Part shown: positions 23,510-33,180 of the stretch, piece after piece
Position numbering within the stretch: position 1 is the first letter of the stretch
How the letters are laid out: each line of letters begins with the position of its first letter
Position numbers and translations under genes: made by a program
Assembly (NCBI RefSeq): GCF_035490575.1
Contig: NZ_DATJLI010000153.1
Coordinates: 419-64,418, forward strand
Length of the DNA stretch: 64,000 bases
Direction of reading: 5' to 3'
DNA from: Sphingomonas sp.
Lineage (GTDB): Bacteria; Pseudomonadota; Alphaproteobacteria; Sphingomonadales; Sphingomonadaceae
The notes under the pieces: model-generated
Database searches by the model: none
What the model saw: the letters and a program-made list of their open reading frames with translations, nothing else
Told to the model about the DNA's origin: nothing

Positions 23510-24073
23510 ATGATTACCGCCATTCGTGAAGTGCGGCGCGCGCGCGGACTGACGCTTGAGGATGTGGCGCGGCGTTGCGACCCGCCGACCACGGCGCAGA
23601 CGATCGGACGGCTGGAAACCGGCACCCGCACCGTATCGGTCGCATGGCTCAACCGCATCGCCCGCGCGCTGGAGGTGGAGGCCGCCGATCTGGTCCGCTT
23701 GCCCGAACGCCCGGACCTGCCGGTCGCGGCACTGGTCGACGGCGACGGCGCATGGGCGCCGCAGCGGCCCGAACATGTTGTGCCGCCTGCACTGCAACCC
23801 GGCCTGATCGCGGTGCGTGTGACGGGCAGCGTCGGCGACTATCGCGCCGGGGACGAGGTGTGGTGCGAGCGACTGGCCCCCGAGCGTTTTGGCCGGGCGA
23901 TCAACCGCGATGTGCTGGTCCCGCGCCCGGCGGGCCGCTTTGCCTTTGGCCGGTTGATCGACCGGGAGGAAGCGCGCCTGCACCTGTTGCCGCCGGGCAG
24001 CGGCGCGCGGCAGCAGGTGATCGCCGATCCGCCCTGGATCGGCCTGGCCATCCGGCTGGTGCGTGCGCTGTGA
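23510..24073 (+). CDS. XRE/CI-like HTH regulator with S24-like C-terminal domain
   Basis: IREVRRARGLTLEDVA..TIGRLETG..WLNRIARAL; C-terminal IAVRVTGS..AGDEV. Confidence 0.85.
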   Translation: MITAIREVRRARGLTLEDVARRCDPPTTAQTIGRLETGTRTVSVAWLNRIARALEVEAADLVRLPERPDLPVAALVDGDGAWAPQRPEHVVPPALQPGLIAVRVTGSVGDYRAGDEVWCERLAPERFGRAINRDVLVPRPAGRFAFGRLIDREEARLHLLPPGSGARQQVIADPPWIGLAIRLVRAL

Positions 24074-24139
24074 AACGCTGACAAACTTCTGCGACACCCG
24101 TGCGTTAGGCGTCGGACCTCCCCGTCGTCAAAGGACGCC

Positions 24140-26839
24140 ATGCGTATCAGTCTCCCCCTTCTCGTCTGTATCGTCGCGCCCCTGCCCGCCATGGCACAGG
24201 AACAGGCGGTCGATCCCGACCTGGCCGACACCGCCGCCGACGAGGCCGAAGCCGCGGGCGATGATGCGGGCGGAGAGGAAATCGTCATCACCGGACAGCG
24301 GCCGCGCGGATCGGTGACGGGCGACGTGCCGCCCGAACAGACGTTCAGCCCTGCCGATGTGCGCGCCTTCGGCGTCAGCACCATTGCCGAACTGCTCGCC
24401 GAATTGTCGCCGCAGACCAGCAGCGGGCGCGGGCGCGGCGACGAACAACCCGTCGTGCTGCTGGAGGGGCGACGCATTTCCGGCCCACGCGAGATTCGCG
24501 ACATTCCGACCGAGGCGATTTCGCGTGTCGAGATCCTGCCCGAGGAAGTGGCGCTGAAATACGGCTATTCCGCCAATCAGCGCGTCGTGAACATCGTGCT
24601 GCGCCGCCGCTTCCGGGCGATCACGACCGAAGTGGAGGGCGGCGGCCCAACCGCCGGCGGCAGCGCCAATGGCGAAGTCGATGTCAATTATCTGAGCATC
24701 ACCCGCGCAGGCCGCCTGAACATCGACCTGGAAGTATCCGCCGAAAGCGCGTTGAGCGAGGCGGAGCGCGATCTGCTGCCCAACCCGTCCGGCCTGCCCT
24801 ATGACCTGACGGGCAATGTCGTGGCGGTCGACGGCGGGGGGGAGATCGATCCGGCCTTGTCGGCGCTGGCCGGGCAGGTCACGACGGTCGCCCCGGTCCG
24901 AGGCGCGACACCGACGCTCACCGATTTTCCTGGCGGCGCGAACCAGCCGGGCACGACCGATATCGGCCGCTATCGCACGTTGCGCCCGCGCACGCTGGGG
25001 GCGGAGGGCAATGCCGTCCTGTCGCGCACCATTTTCGGCGACGTCGCCGCAACCGCCACGCTCGGCTTCACAATGAACGATACACAGGCGCTGGTCGGCC
25101 TGCCCAATATCGACGTGACATTGCCCGCCGACAGCCCGTTCTCCCCCTTTGCCAATGACGCGCGCGTGCTGCGCTATGCCGATGCGCTGGGTGCGCTGAC
25201 GCGCGAAACACGCTCGCGCAGCGTCAATGGCGGGTTCAGCGCCAATGGTGAGAAAGGCGACTGGCGGTGGACGCTGACCGGCAATTATGAATATTCGGCC
25301 ACCGACACCGATACCGAACGGCGCCTGACGCTCGACGATTATAGCGCGGGCGTGGCCGCCGGATCGATCAATCCCTTTGCCACGCTCCCCGCCCTGTCGC
25401 TGGCGGCGCCCGACACCGCGCGTTCGGTCAGCAATGTCGGCCAGTTGGAGGCGGTCGCGAACGGCGATATTTTCAAACTGCCGGCGGGCGATGTCGGCGT
25501 CACCGGCAAGGTCGGTCTCGGGACACAGGATCTCGACAGCCGCTCAAACCGATCAGGCCTGATTACCGCCACCGATATCACCCGGCGGCGTGTCAACGGG
25601 CAGTTCAATGTCGACCTGCCGATCGCCAGCCGGCGTGCCGGCGTGCTCGACGCGATCGGCGACCTGACGCTTAACGCCAATGCCGAGGTGAACGAACTGT
25701 CGGACTTCGGCACGCTGACGACCTATGGCTATGGCGCGAACTGGTCGCCCTTTCGCCAGCTTCGCCTGATAACGTCGGTTACGCACGAAGAAGGCGCGCC
25801 GTCGCCGCAGCAGATCGGCAATCCGGTGCTGACCACGCCCAATGTCCGCGTGTTCGATTATGTGCGCGGCGAGACGGTCGATGTGACCTCGATCGAGGGC
25901 GGCAACCCCGGCCTGTCCGCCGACAGCCGCCGGGTGCTCAAGCTGGGCGCCAATCTGCGCCCGTTCGATACGATCGACCTCAACATGCGCGCCGATTACA
26001 CCGACAGCCGGATCGACGGTCTGATTTCGGGCTTTCCGGCGGCGACGGCGGAGATCCAGTCGGCTTTTCCCGACCGGTTCGTGCGCGACGCATCGGGCCG
26101 GCTGGTCCAGATCGACACCCGCCCGGTCAATTTTGCGCGCAGCGAGCGCCGCCAGTTGCGCTGGGGCTTTTTCCTGTCGCTGCCGGTCAAGGGCACGTTG
26201 GAGCGCCGGGTCGAGGCGGCGCGCGAAGCAGGGCAGGACCCCCGCGCGGTGCTGCGCGATGCGTTTGGCGGCGGGGGCGGCGGGCGCGCCCGCGGACCGC
26301 GGGCGGGCGGCGGACCGCGCGGTGGCGGACGACGCGGCGGTGGTGGCGCGCGTGCCGGGGGCGGTCGGGTCCAACTGGGCCTGTTCCACACCGTCCGGCT
26401 GAAGGAGACGATCCTGATCCGGGACGGCCTGCCCGAACTCGACCTGCTGGGCGGCTCGGCCACCGGCAATCGCGGCGGCCAGCCCCGGCATGAAGTCCGG
26501 CTTATCAGCGGTCTTACGAAAGACGGGCTGGGTATCCGCGCCAATGCCGAATGGCAGGCGCCGACACGCGTCGATGGCGCCAACCCCGCCGAACAATTGC
26601 GGTTCGGCAGCCTGACGACGATCAACCTACGCGCCTTTGCCAATCTGGGTCAGATTCCGGCAATCGTGCGCGACAATCGCTGGCTGCGCGGGGCGCGCGT
26701 GTCGCTGCGCCTCGACAATCTGCTCGATCAGCGCATCACTGTGACCGACGGCAACGGCGTCACGCCGCTGGGGCTTCAGCCCGCCTTGCTAGATCCCGTC
26801 GGCCGATCGTTCCGGCTGGAGTTTCGCAAGCTGTTCTGA
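24140..26839 (+). CDS. TonB-dependent outer-membrane receptor
   Basis: Signal peptide, TonB-box-like EIVITG, plug (IPTEAISRVEILP), C-terminal RLDNLLD..DPVGRSFRLEFRKLF. Confidence 0.85.
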   Translation: MRISLPLLVCIVAPLPAMAQEQAVDPDLADTAADEAEAAGDDAGGEEIVITGQRPRGSVTGDVPPEQTFSPADVRAFGVSTIAELLAELSPQTSSGRGRGDEQPVVLLEGRRISGPREIRDIPTEAISRVEILPEEVALKYGYSANQRVVNIVLRRRFRAITTEVEGGGPTAGGSANGEVDVNYLSITRAGRLNIDLEVSAESALSEAERDLLPNPSGLPYDLTGNVVAVDGGGEIDPALSALAGQVTTVAPVRGATPTLTDFPGGANQPGTTDIGRYRTLRPRTLGAEGNAVLSRTIFGDVAATATLGFTMNDTQALVGLPNIDVTLPADSPFSPFANDARVLRYADALGALTRETRSRSVNGGFSANGEKGDWRWTLTGNYEYSATDTDTERRLTLDDYSAGVAAGSINPFATLPALSLAAPDTARSVSNVGQLEAVANGDIFKLPAGDVGVTGKVGLGTQDLDSRSNRSGLITATDITRRRVNGQFNVDLPIASRRAGVLDAIGDLTLNANAEVNELSDFGTLTTYGYGANWSPFRQLRLITSVTHEEGAPSPQQIGNPVLTTPNVRVFDYVRGETVDVTSIEGGNPGLSADSRRVLKLGANLRPFDTIDLNMRADYTDSRIDGLISGFPAATAEIQSAFPDRFVRDASGRLVQIDTRPVNFARSERRQLRWGFFLSLPVKGTLERRVEAAREAGQDPRAVLRDAFGGGGGGRARGPRAGGGPRGGGRRGGGGARAGGGRVQLGLFHTVRLKETILIRDGLPELDLLGGSATGNRGGQPRHEVRLISGLTKDGLGIRANAEWQAPTRVDGANPAEQLRFGSLTTINLRAFANLGQIPAIVRDNRWLRGARVSLRLDNLLDQRITVTDGNGVTPLGLQPALLDPVGRSFRLEFRKLF

Positions 26840-27777
26840 CGCGGCCCCGCGCCGGGCCGGTCGCGTTCGGATTCGCCAAAGCCCGCCTGCCGATAAAGCA
26901 GCGTGATCGCCACGCGGCGGTTGCGCGGGTCGCCGGGCGCATCCTCGATCATCGGCTGGCGATCGGCAACGCCCTCGATCCGTTCGAACCGCGCTTCGGC
27001 CACGCCCCCGCGCGCCAGCCGCCGCCTGGTGGCTTCGGCGCGGCCGCTGGACAGCATCCAGTTGTTCATCTGAAGCGGATTGCCATAGCCCAGCGCATCG
27101 GTGTGGCCGCGGATCATGATCGCGTTTTCAGTGTCGCTGATGCTTTCGGCGATCATGCCGATCAGCTTGTCCGCCTCCGGCACCAGCGCCGTCGTGCCCA
27201 GGTCGAACATCGAATAATTCGCATCGTCGACCAGATCGATCCGCAACCCGTCGGGGGTCGGCACGAACCGGACATGCCGCGCCAGTTTGGCGAGCTTGGG
27301 ATCGCGCTTCATCGACGCTTCAAGGCGGGCGCGCATCCGCGAGAAATTGCGCTTGTCCTGCTGCGTGACGTTCTCGGCGTTCTTGAGCGACCCCTTCTCG
27401 CCGCTGCCGACCTGCTTGCCGCCAACGGCCCCCGCCGGAACGGTCAGCGCGCGCGTGCCCGTCTGGCCCGCGCGATTGGGATAGCTGTCGACATCGGTCA
27501 GCGACGCGCCGCCGAATGGGCCATAGGAACCGGCCGATTTCTGTTTCAGTTCGATCAGCGTCGGCGCGAAATAATCGGCCAGCGCCTTTCGCTGCTGCTC
27601 GGTCGTCGCGCCCAGCAGCCACATCAGCAGGAAAAACGCCATCATCGCCGTCACGAAATCGGCATAGGCGACTTTCCAGGCGCCGCCATGGTGGCCGCCA
27701 TGCCCCTCGATATAGATCTTCTTGACGATGATCTTGGGGGGCTGGTTGTTGCCGTGCGGTGCGCGGGCAGCGGCCAT
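26776..27777 (-). CDS. motB: Flagellar stator MotB
   Basis: GAWKVAYADFVTAMMAFF, OmpA-like GHTD..NWMLSSGRA..RNRRV. Confidence 0.95.
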   Translation of the reverse strand: MAAARAPHGNNQPPKIIVKKIYIEGHGGHHGGAWKVAYADFVTAMMAFFLLMWLLGATTEQQRKALADYFAPTLIELKQKSAGSYGPFGGASLTDVDSYPNRAGQTGTRALTVPAGAVGGKQVGSGEKGSLKNAENVTQQDKRNFSRMRARLEASMKRDPKLAKLARHVRFVPTPDGLRIDLVDDANYSMFDLGTTALVPEADKLIGMIAESISDTENAIMIRGHTDALGYGNPLQMNNWMLSSGRAEATRRRLARGGVAEARFERIEGVADRQPMIEDAPGDPRNRRVAITLLYRQAGFGESERDRPGAGPRQNSLRNSSRNDRPTGSSKAG

Positions 27778-27814
27778 TATCGCGGCTCCCGACAGTCGCA
27801 GTTAAACGCCGACA

Positions 27815-28678
27815 TCACCGACCCCGCAGCCCGTCAAAGACTTCGGCGAAGCCCGGCTGGTTGTGATGTGCGATCCCCGAACGCGCGGCTTCGATGACCA
27901 GCGGCTGCGGATGGCCGTGCAGCGATGCGATGATGATCTGCTTGACGGTGTGATAAATGGCGGCGTCGGCGTCGATCACCTGTTGCAGCCGCGTCGCGAG
28001 CGGACCGACGATGCCATAGGCCAGCAGCACGCCCAGGAACGTGCCGACCAGCGCCGATCCGATCATGCCGCCCAGCACCGATGGCGGCTTGTCGATCGAT
28101 CCCATCGTCTTGACCACACCCAGCACGGCCGCGACGATGCCCAGCGCGGGCAGCGCGTCGGCCAATCCCTGCAACGTGGTCTGCGGTCCCTGCACTTCGT
28201 GGTGATGCGTCTTGATGGCGTTATCCATCACTTCCTCGACCGCGTGCACGTCGAGCGTGCCCGACGAGACGACGACCAGGCGCAGCGTGTCGGCGATCAA
28301 TCCGGTCAGCGCCGAATCGGCAAGAACGCGCGGATATTCGGCGAAGATGGGCGAGGATTTCGGTTCCTCGACATGCGGCTCCAGCGCGATCGGCCCTTCG
28401 ACGCGCAGCATCTTCATCAGTTTGGAGACGAGGAAGATGACGTCCAGATAATCCTGCTTCTTGTATTTCGGCCCCTTGATGACCTTCATCACGCCGCCGC
28501 CCATCGCCTTCAGCTCGCGACCCGAATTGCCGATGATGAGCGCGCCCAGCGCCGCACCGCCGATGATGAGCATCTCGTGCGGCAACGCATGCATGACGGG
28601 GCCGAGCGCGCCGCCGGTGATGGCGAAACCGCCGAACACCATTGCGATAAGCACGACAAAGCCGATTGCAGGAAACAT
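27815..28678 (-). CDS. motA: Flagellar stator MotA (enteric-type)
   Basis: ELMIIGGAA-type helix, ALPALGIVAAVLGVV, ALVGTFLG; start at MFPAIGF. Confidence 0.95.
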   Translation of the reverse strand: MFPAIGFVVLIAMVFGGFAITGGALGPVMHALPHEMLIIGGAALGALIIGNSGRELKAMGGGVMKVIKGPKYKKQDYLDVIFLVSKLMKMLRVEGPIALEPHVEEPKSSPIFAEYPRVLADSALTGLIADTLRLVVVSSGTLDVHAVEEVMDNAIKTHHHEVQGPQTTLQGLADALPALGIVAAVLGVVKTMGSIDKPPSVLGGMIGSALVGTFLGVLLAYGIVGPLATRLQQVIDADAAIYHTVKQIIIASLHGHPQPLVIEAARSGIAHHNQPGFAEVFDGLRGR

Positions 28679-28795
28679 CTTACGTTTGCCCCCGGGTCCT
28701 TGCGGCAAAGGCGAATGCGCCTGCCCCTTGGTGTCCCTTGTGACGCCGAAGCGTCGAGAAATGGTTACCGCCCGCCCCCCGGCGAGCACGCATCG

Positions 28796-29662
28796 TCACA
28801 ATTGATCGAACAGGCTCAGCGCGCTGAGCCGTGAGAAACTGGACTGGGTGGCCGACAGGATCGTCAGCGTTTTCTGCAATTCGGTGATCGCGGCGCTGAC
28901 ATCGGTATCCTCAATCGCCGATCGTGCTTCCTCACGCCCCAGCGCCACTTCGTCCAGCCGCTCCATTTCCATGTCGAGGCGCATTGCCCGCGCACCGATG
29001 CTGGAACGCATCGAAGTCACGCCGTCCAGCGCGGCGTCGACCGCGGGCGTTGCATCGGCAATCGCATCGCCGTTGCGGACCGCCAGCGACAATGCCTCCA
29101 GCGCGGTGAACATCTCGGCCAGCCGGGTGCCGTCCTCTGTCACCTGCACCTGCGCGCCATTGGCGACGGGGATCGCGCCGGGGGCCGTGCCGCCGACATA
29201 GGTGATGCTGCCATCGGCGGCGGTGGCGAAGGGCGCCTGAACCCCGCCCCCGAACATCGCCACGCCGCGCACGTCAGTCTGGTTGGCAAGTGCCGCCAGG
29301 TCGGCCTTTATCACGTCGATCTGGTCGGCGATGATCGCGCGTTCCTCCGCCCCGGTCATGCCGTTGGCGGCGGTCAGCGCCAGTTCCTGCGCGCGCTGCA
29401 CTTGCTGGGTCACCGAATCGAGCACGCTGTCGGCCTGCGCCAGGATACCCGATGCCAGGTCGATATTGCCCTTGACCGCATCGTCGTCGGCCGCATCGCG
29501 TTTCAGCGTCGCCAGCCGGGACCAGCCGGCGGCGTCCTGTGACGCGGCGGTCAGTTGCTTGCCGGTGGCGATCTGGGTCTGCAACCGGTCGGCGGTGACG
29601 TTCAGACCCGTCATCTGCGTCATGCTGCGCGAATAGAATTGGCTGGTCGCGATGCGGTCCAT
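28796..29662 (-). CDS. flgL: Hook-associated protein 3
   Basis: RIATSQFY, IATGK, C-terminal SFSRLSALSLFD; follows flgK. Confidence 0.85.
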   Translation of the reverse strand: MDRIATSQFYSRSMTQMTGLNVTADRLQTQIATGKQLTAASQDAAGWSRLATLKRDAADDDAVKGNIDLASGILAQADSVLDSVTQQVQRAQELALTAANGMTGAEERAIIADQIDVIKADLAALANQTDVRGVAMFGGGVQAPFATAADGSITYVGGTAPGAIPVANGAQVQVTEDGTRLAEMFTALEALSLAVRNGDAIADATPAVDAALDGVTSMRSSIGARAMRLDMEMERLDEVALGREEARSAIEDTDVSAAITELQKTLTILSATQSSFSRLSALSLFDQL

Positions 29663-29666
29663 AGGT

Positions 29667-30992
29667 TCACCGGATCTGGAAGATGGAATCGAGCGTCTCG
29701 CGCGCGACCTGAATGACGCGGGCCGATGCCTGATAGGCCTGCTGGAAACGAAGCAGGTTGACCGCTTCCTCGTCGAGGTTGACGCCGCTCAGCGAATCGC
29801 GTGCCGCCACCGCGCCGTCATGGATCGCCGCCTGAGCGTCGACCACCGTCTGGCGCGCCGCCATCGCCGCGCCATTGGCGCTTTGCAGGCCGGTCAGCCG
29901 TCCTTCGAAATTACCGCTGCCGCGCAGCCCGGCAAGGATCGCCATGTTGCCATTGCCCTGCGCGCCCGAACCCGGCGTTGCGGCAGCAATGCCCGCGCCA
30001 TCGTCCAGCGCCAGCGTCAGGCTGGCGGCATCGGTGCCCGCGAACATCGGCGCGCCCGGATTGCCCGACAGGTCGTGGCCGCCCGCCTGCACCGCGTTCA
30101 CGCCGTCAGCAAAATCGACCGCGAGTTGATCGAGCGACGCCTTGGCATCGGCAACCCGCTGCGCGCCGTCGACCATGCCCGCCATCGCGCCGCCCTGCGC
30201 CGGAATGACCGACGCCTCGCCGCTCATCACCAGATGGAATTGCAGCGCGCCTTGCCCGCCGCGCGATACGCCGACGCTCGCGGCCTGATCGCCCGCGACC
30301 AGCACCGGCCCGCCCGCGGCGCCCGCCTTGACCGTCGCGCGGCCCGCCGCGTCGAAGCTGACCGACACATCGACCAGCGCTGACATCGATTCGAGCAGCC
30401 GGTCGCGTTCGTCGAGCAGCGCGGGGGATGCGGCGCCACCCGACCGGCCGATCGCACCATTTACCTTGGCCAGCGCCTGCGCCGCCGCCGACAGGTCGCC
30501 CGCGGCGTTATGCGCCTCGCCCTCGATATCGCTTGCCGCCTGCGCCAGCCCCGCACCCGTCGCGCGAAAGGCCGTGGCAAGCGCATTCGCCTGTTCCAGC
30601 ATCACCGCGCGCGGCGCTTCGGCCGAGGGGTTGGCGGCCACGCCCTGGGCTGCGTTGAAAAACGCCGCCATCCGGTCGCCCAGTGCGCTGTTGCCCAACA
30701 CCTGTTCGATCCGGTCGAGCCAGACCATGCCCGTTTCGCTGCGCGCCAGATCGCTGCCGCTGGTGCGGACCGCGCTCGACCGGAACGAATCGGCCGCCCG
30801 GTCGACCAGCCCCAGCCGGACACCGGCGGGCGTCACCGCCCCGCCGCCCGTCACCGACGCCACTTCGCGCAGCACCGGGGTGCGCCGGACATAGCCCGTC
30901 GTCCCGGCATTGGCGATATTGTCCGACGTGGTGGACAGCGCGCCCTGATAGGCGCGCACGCCGCTGGCCCCGATGCCGAGCAGGTCGCTCAT
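29667..30992 (-). CDS. flgK: Hook-associated protein 1
   Basis: NIANAGTTGYVRR, SGVNLDEEAVNLLRFQQAYQASARVI. Confidence 0.95.
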   Translation of the reverse strand: MSDLLGIGASGVRAYQGALSTTSDNIANAGTTGYVRRTPVLREVASVTGGGAVTPAGVRLGLVDRAADSFRSSAVRTSGSDLARSETGMVWLDRIEQVLGNSALGDRMAAFFNAAQGVAANPSAEAPRAVMLEQANALATAFRATGAGLAQAASDIEGEAHNAAGDLSAAAQALAKVNGAIGRSGGAASPALLDERDRLLESMSALVDVSVSFDAAGRATVKAGAAGGPVLVAGDQAASVGVSRGGQGALQFHLVMSGEASVIPAQGGAMAGMVDGAQRVADAKASLDQLAVDFADGVNAVQAGGHDLSGNPGAPMFAGTDAASLTLALDDGAGIAAATPGSGAQGNGNMAILAGLRGSGNFEGRLTGLQSANGAAMAARQTVVDAQAAIHDGAVAARDSLSGVNLDEEAVNLLRFQQAYQASARVIQVARETLDSIFQIR

Positions 30993-31297
30993 TCGATCGT
31001 TCCCTCCGCCGATTTGGCCAGGAACTCGGTCATTGCCTTGCCGATGCCGATTGGCGCATGAACCGCCATCGACTGGGCAAGCTGCTGGTCCTGCATGTCG
31101 CGAAACTGGGTGAGTGCGTTCGATTCGAACAAGCCGTCGCTCAGCTTGGCCTTACGCATCGACGACAGCATCATGTTGGTGAAGATCGCCTCGAACTTCT
31201 GCCCGGCGGCTTCCAGATTCTCATGGGTCGCCAGCCGGCCCGTGTCCATCGACACGGTCGGCTGGTTGACACCGGGCAGGTTGGGCAATGTCGTCAC
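30989..31297 (-). CDS. flgJ: Single-domain (rod-binding) FlgJ
   Basis: AAGQKFEAIFTNMMLSSMR..QFRDMQDQQLA; no muramidase domain. Confidence 0.85.
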   Translation of the reverse strand: MTTLPNLPGVNQPTVSMDTGRLATHENLEAAGQKFEAIFTNMMLSSMRKAKLSDGLFESNALTQFRDMQDQQLAQSMAVHAPIGIGKAMTEFLAKSAEGTIE

Positions 31298-32421
31298 AGC
31301 ACCACCAGCTCGGCCTTGAGCGCGCCGGCTTCCTTCAGCGCCTCCAGGATGGCCACCAGGTCGGCGGGCGACGCACCGATCGCGTTCACCGCCTTGACCA
31401 CGTCGGCCAGCTTGGGACCGGGATCGATGAGGAACATGGGCTTCACTTCCTCCTCCACACCGACATTGCTGCGCTGCTCCAACGCGGTCTCGCCCTGGCT
31501 GAATGGCGCGGGCTGAACGACCTGTTGCGCCTCATCAATACGCACGGTGAGTTTACCGTGTGTTACCGCTGCCGGGCTGACTCGCACGGCGGAGTTGATG
31601 ACGACGGTGCCGGTGCGGGCATTGACGATGACGCGCGCGGCGGCTTCGGCAGCGTCGACGGTCAGGTTTTCGATCTGGCTCATCATCGCGGTTCGCACAT
31701 CGGCGCCCGGCGGCGCGGCCACCGCGACCGAAACCGCATCGGTGGCGCGTGCGCTCATCATGCCGAAACGCCCGTTGATCGCGGCGGCGACGCGCTGCGC
31801 GGTGGTGAAATCGGCGCGCGCCAGGTTGAACGTCAGCGTCGGCGCCGAATCGAAGCCGGTATCGACCGCGCGTTCGACCGTGGCGCCGTCTGGGATACGG
31901 CCCGACGAGGGGATGTTGACGACGATCTTCGATCCATCGGCACCCTCGGCGCCCAGGCCGCTGACCGCCAGATTGCCCTGTGCCATGGCATAGATCTGTC
32001 CATCGGCGCCGTGCAGCGGCGTCAGGATCAGCGCACCACCCCGAAGCGACTTGGCCTTGCCCATTGACGCGACGGTGATGTCGATCCGCTGACCGGGCTT
32101 GGCAAAGGCGGGCAGTTCAGCCGTGACCATCACCACGGCGGTGTTCTTGAGCGCGGGATTGATGCCCGGCGGCAACTGAAAGCCGAAGCGCGCGGTCACG
32201 CCCTTCATCGACTGAACCGTATATTCCAGATTGTCGTCGCCCGTGCCGGGCAGCCCGACGACGATGCCGTATCCGGTCAGCTGGTTGGACCGGATACCCT
32301 GGAACGTGCCCAGGTCCTTGATCCGCTGCGCGTGCGCGGGCGCGGCAAAGGCCGACACCAGCGCCAGCGCGATCAGCGTCCAGACCGGCACGGGACGATT
32401 GGGGAAAAGGCGACGGAACAT
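31294..32421 (-). CDS. flgI: P-ring protein
   Basis: RIKDL, NQLTGYGIVVGLPGTGD, ILEALKEAGAL. Confidence 0.95.
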   Translation of the reverse strand: MFRRLFPNRPVPVWTLIALALVSAFAAPAHAQRIKDLGTFQGIRSNQLTGYGIVVGLPGTGDDNLEYTVQSMKGVTARFGFQLPPGINPALKNTAVVMVTAELPAFAKPGQRIDITVASMGKAKSLRGGALILTPLHGADGQIYAMAQGNLAVSGLGAEGADGSKIVVNIPSSGRIPDGATVERAVDTGFDSAPTLTFNLARADFTTAQRVAAAINGRFGMMSARATDAVSVAVAAPPGADVRTAMMSQIENLTVDAAEAAARVIVNARTGTVVINSAVRVSPAAVTHGKLTVRIDEAQQVVQPAPFSQGETALEQRSNVGVEEEVKPMFLIDPGPKLADVVKAVNAIGASPADLVAILEALKEAGALKAELVVL

Positions 32422-32435
32422 GGCTGCAATTCCCA

Positions 32436-33173
32436 TCAGAACGGGCTGATGACCTGGAAGAAGCGGCTGAGCCACCCCTGGCGGCTGGCACGCGCGACAT
32501 CGCCCTTGCCGGTATAGCTGATCGTGGCGTCGGCCACGCGGGTCGAGGGCACGCGGTTGTTCGCATCGACATCGATCGTGCGGACGACGCCCTTGATCTG
32601 GACGAACTCGTCCCCGCGATTGAGCGTCACGCGCTTCTGCCCCTGCACCAGCATCGTGCCGTTGGGATAGACGGCGGCGACGGTCACGCTGACTTCGCCC
32701 GACATGGCGTTCGACTGGTCGGCCATGCCCTGGCCCTGAAAGCCGCGATTGCCGCCGGCGCGCGCATCGGTGGGGTTGAACAGCGACAATGCGCCCGTCG
32801 ACGGGCCGGTCAGGCCGAAACCGCCCTCGCTGTCGAGGTTCGAGGCCGCCGATTTCGACGCGACCATCCGCTCGACCAGCACGATCGTCAGCGGGTCGCC
32901 GACCCGGCGTGCGCGCTGCCCCTCGTAAAGCGCGGCATAGCCCTCGCTCACCTGAAAGATCGAACCATTGGCCGGACGCGCGGCGACCGGTGTGGGCATG
33001 GTCACGGAATAGTCTTCCTGGACCTTCTTGCCGCCGAACAACTGCGCGTGGGCGGGCGCGGCACCCAGCCCAGCCATTGCCAGCGCCGCCGTGCCCAGCG
33101 CCAGCCCGGCGGCAAACTCGACCCAGCCCGGCCGGCCGGCGGAGACGCGGCGGTGACGGGGCAGGCGGATCAT
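32436..33173 (-). CDS. flgH: L-ring protein (no lipobox cysteine)
   Basis: NGSIF, ARRVGDPLTI, PNGTMLVQGQK, GWLSRFF..ISPF. Confidence 0.93.
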   Translation of the reverse strand: MIRLPRHRRVSAGRPGWVEFAAGLALGTAALAMAGLGAAPAHAQLFGGKKVQEDYSVTMPTPVAARPANGSIFQVSEGYAALYEGQRARRVGDPLTIVLVERMVASKSAASNLDSEGGFGLTGPSTGALSLFNPTDARAGGNRGFQGQGMADQSNAMSGEVSVTVAAVYPNGTMLVQGQKRVTLNRGDEFVQIKGVVRTIDVDANNRVPSTRVADATISYTGKGDVARASRQGWLSRFFQVISPF

Positions 33174-33180
33174 GTGCGGA

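Noticed and set aside
22941-24073. Prophage remnant
   Set aside because: No integrase, terminase, capsid or tail genes, att-like repeats or obvious GC shift nearby; treated as a stand-alone regulatory pair.
28700-28795. sigma28 or sigma54 promoter directly upstream of motA
   Set aside because: No TAAA at the right spacing and no GG-N10-GC; only a small bulged hairpin. motAB probably reads through from the flgB operon.
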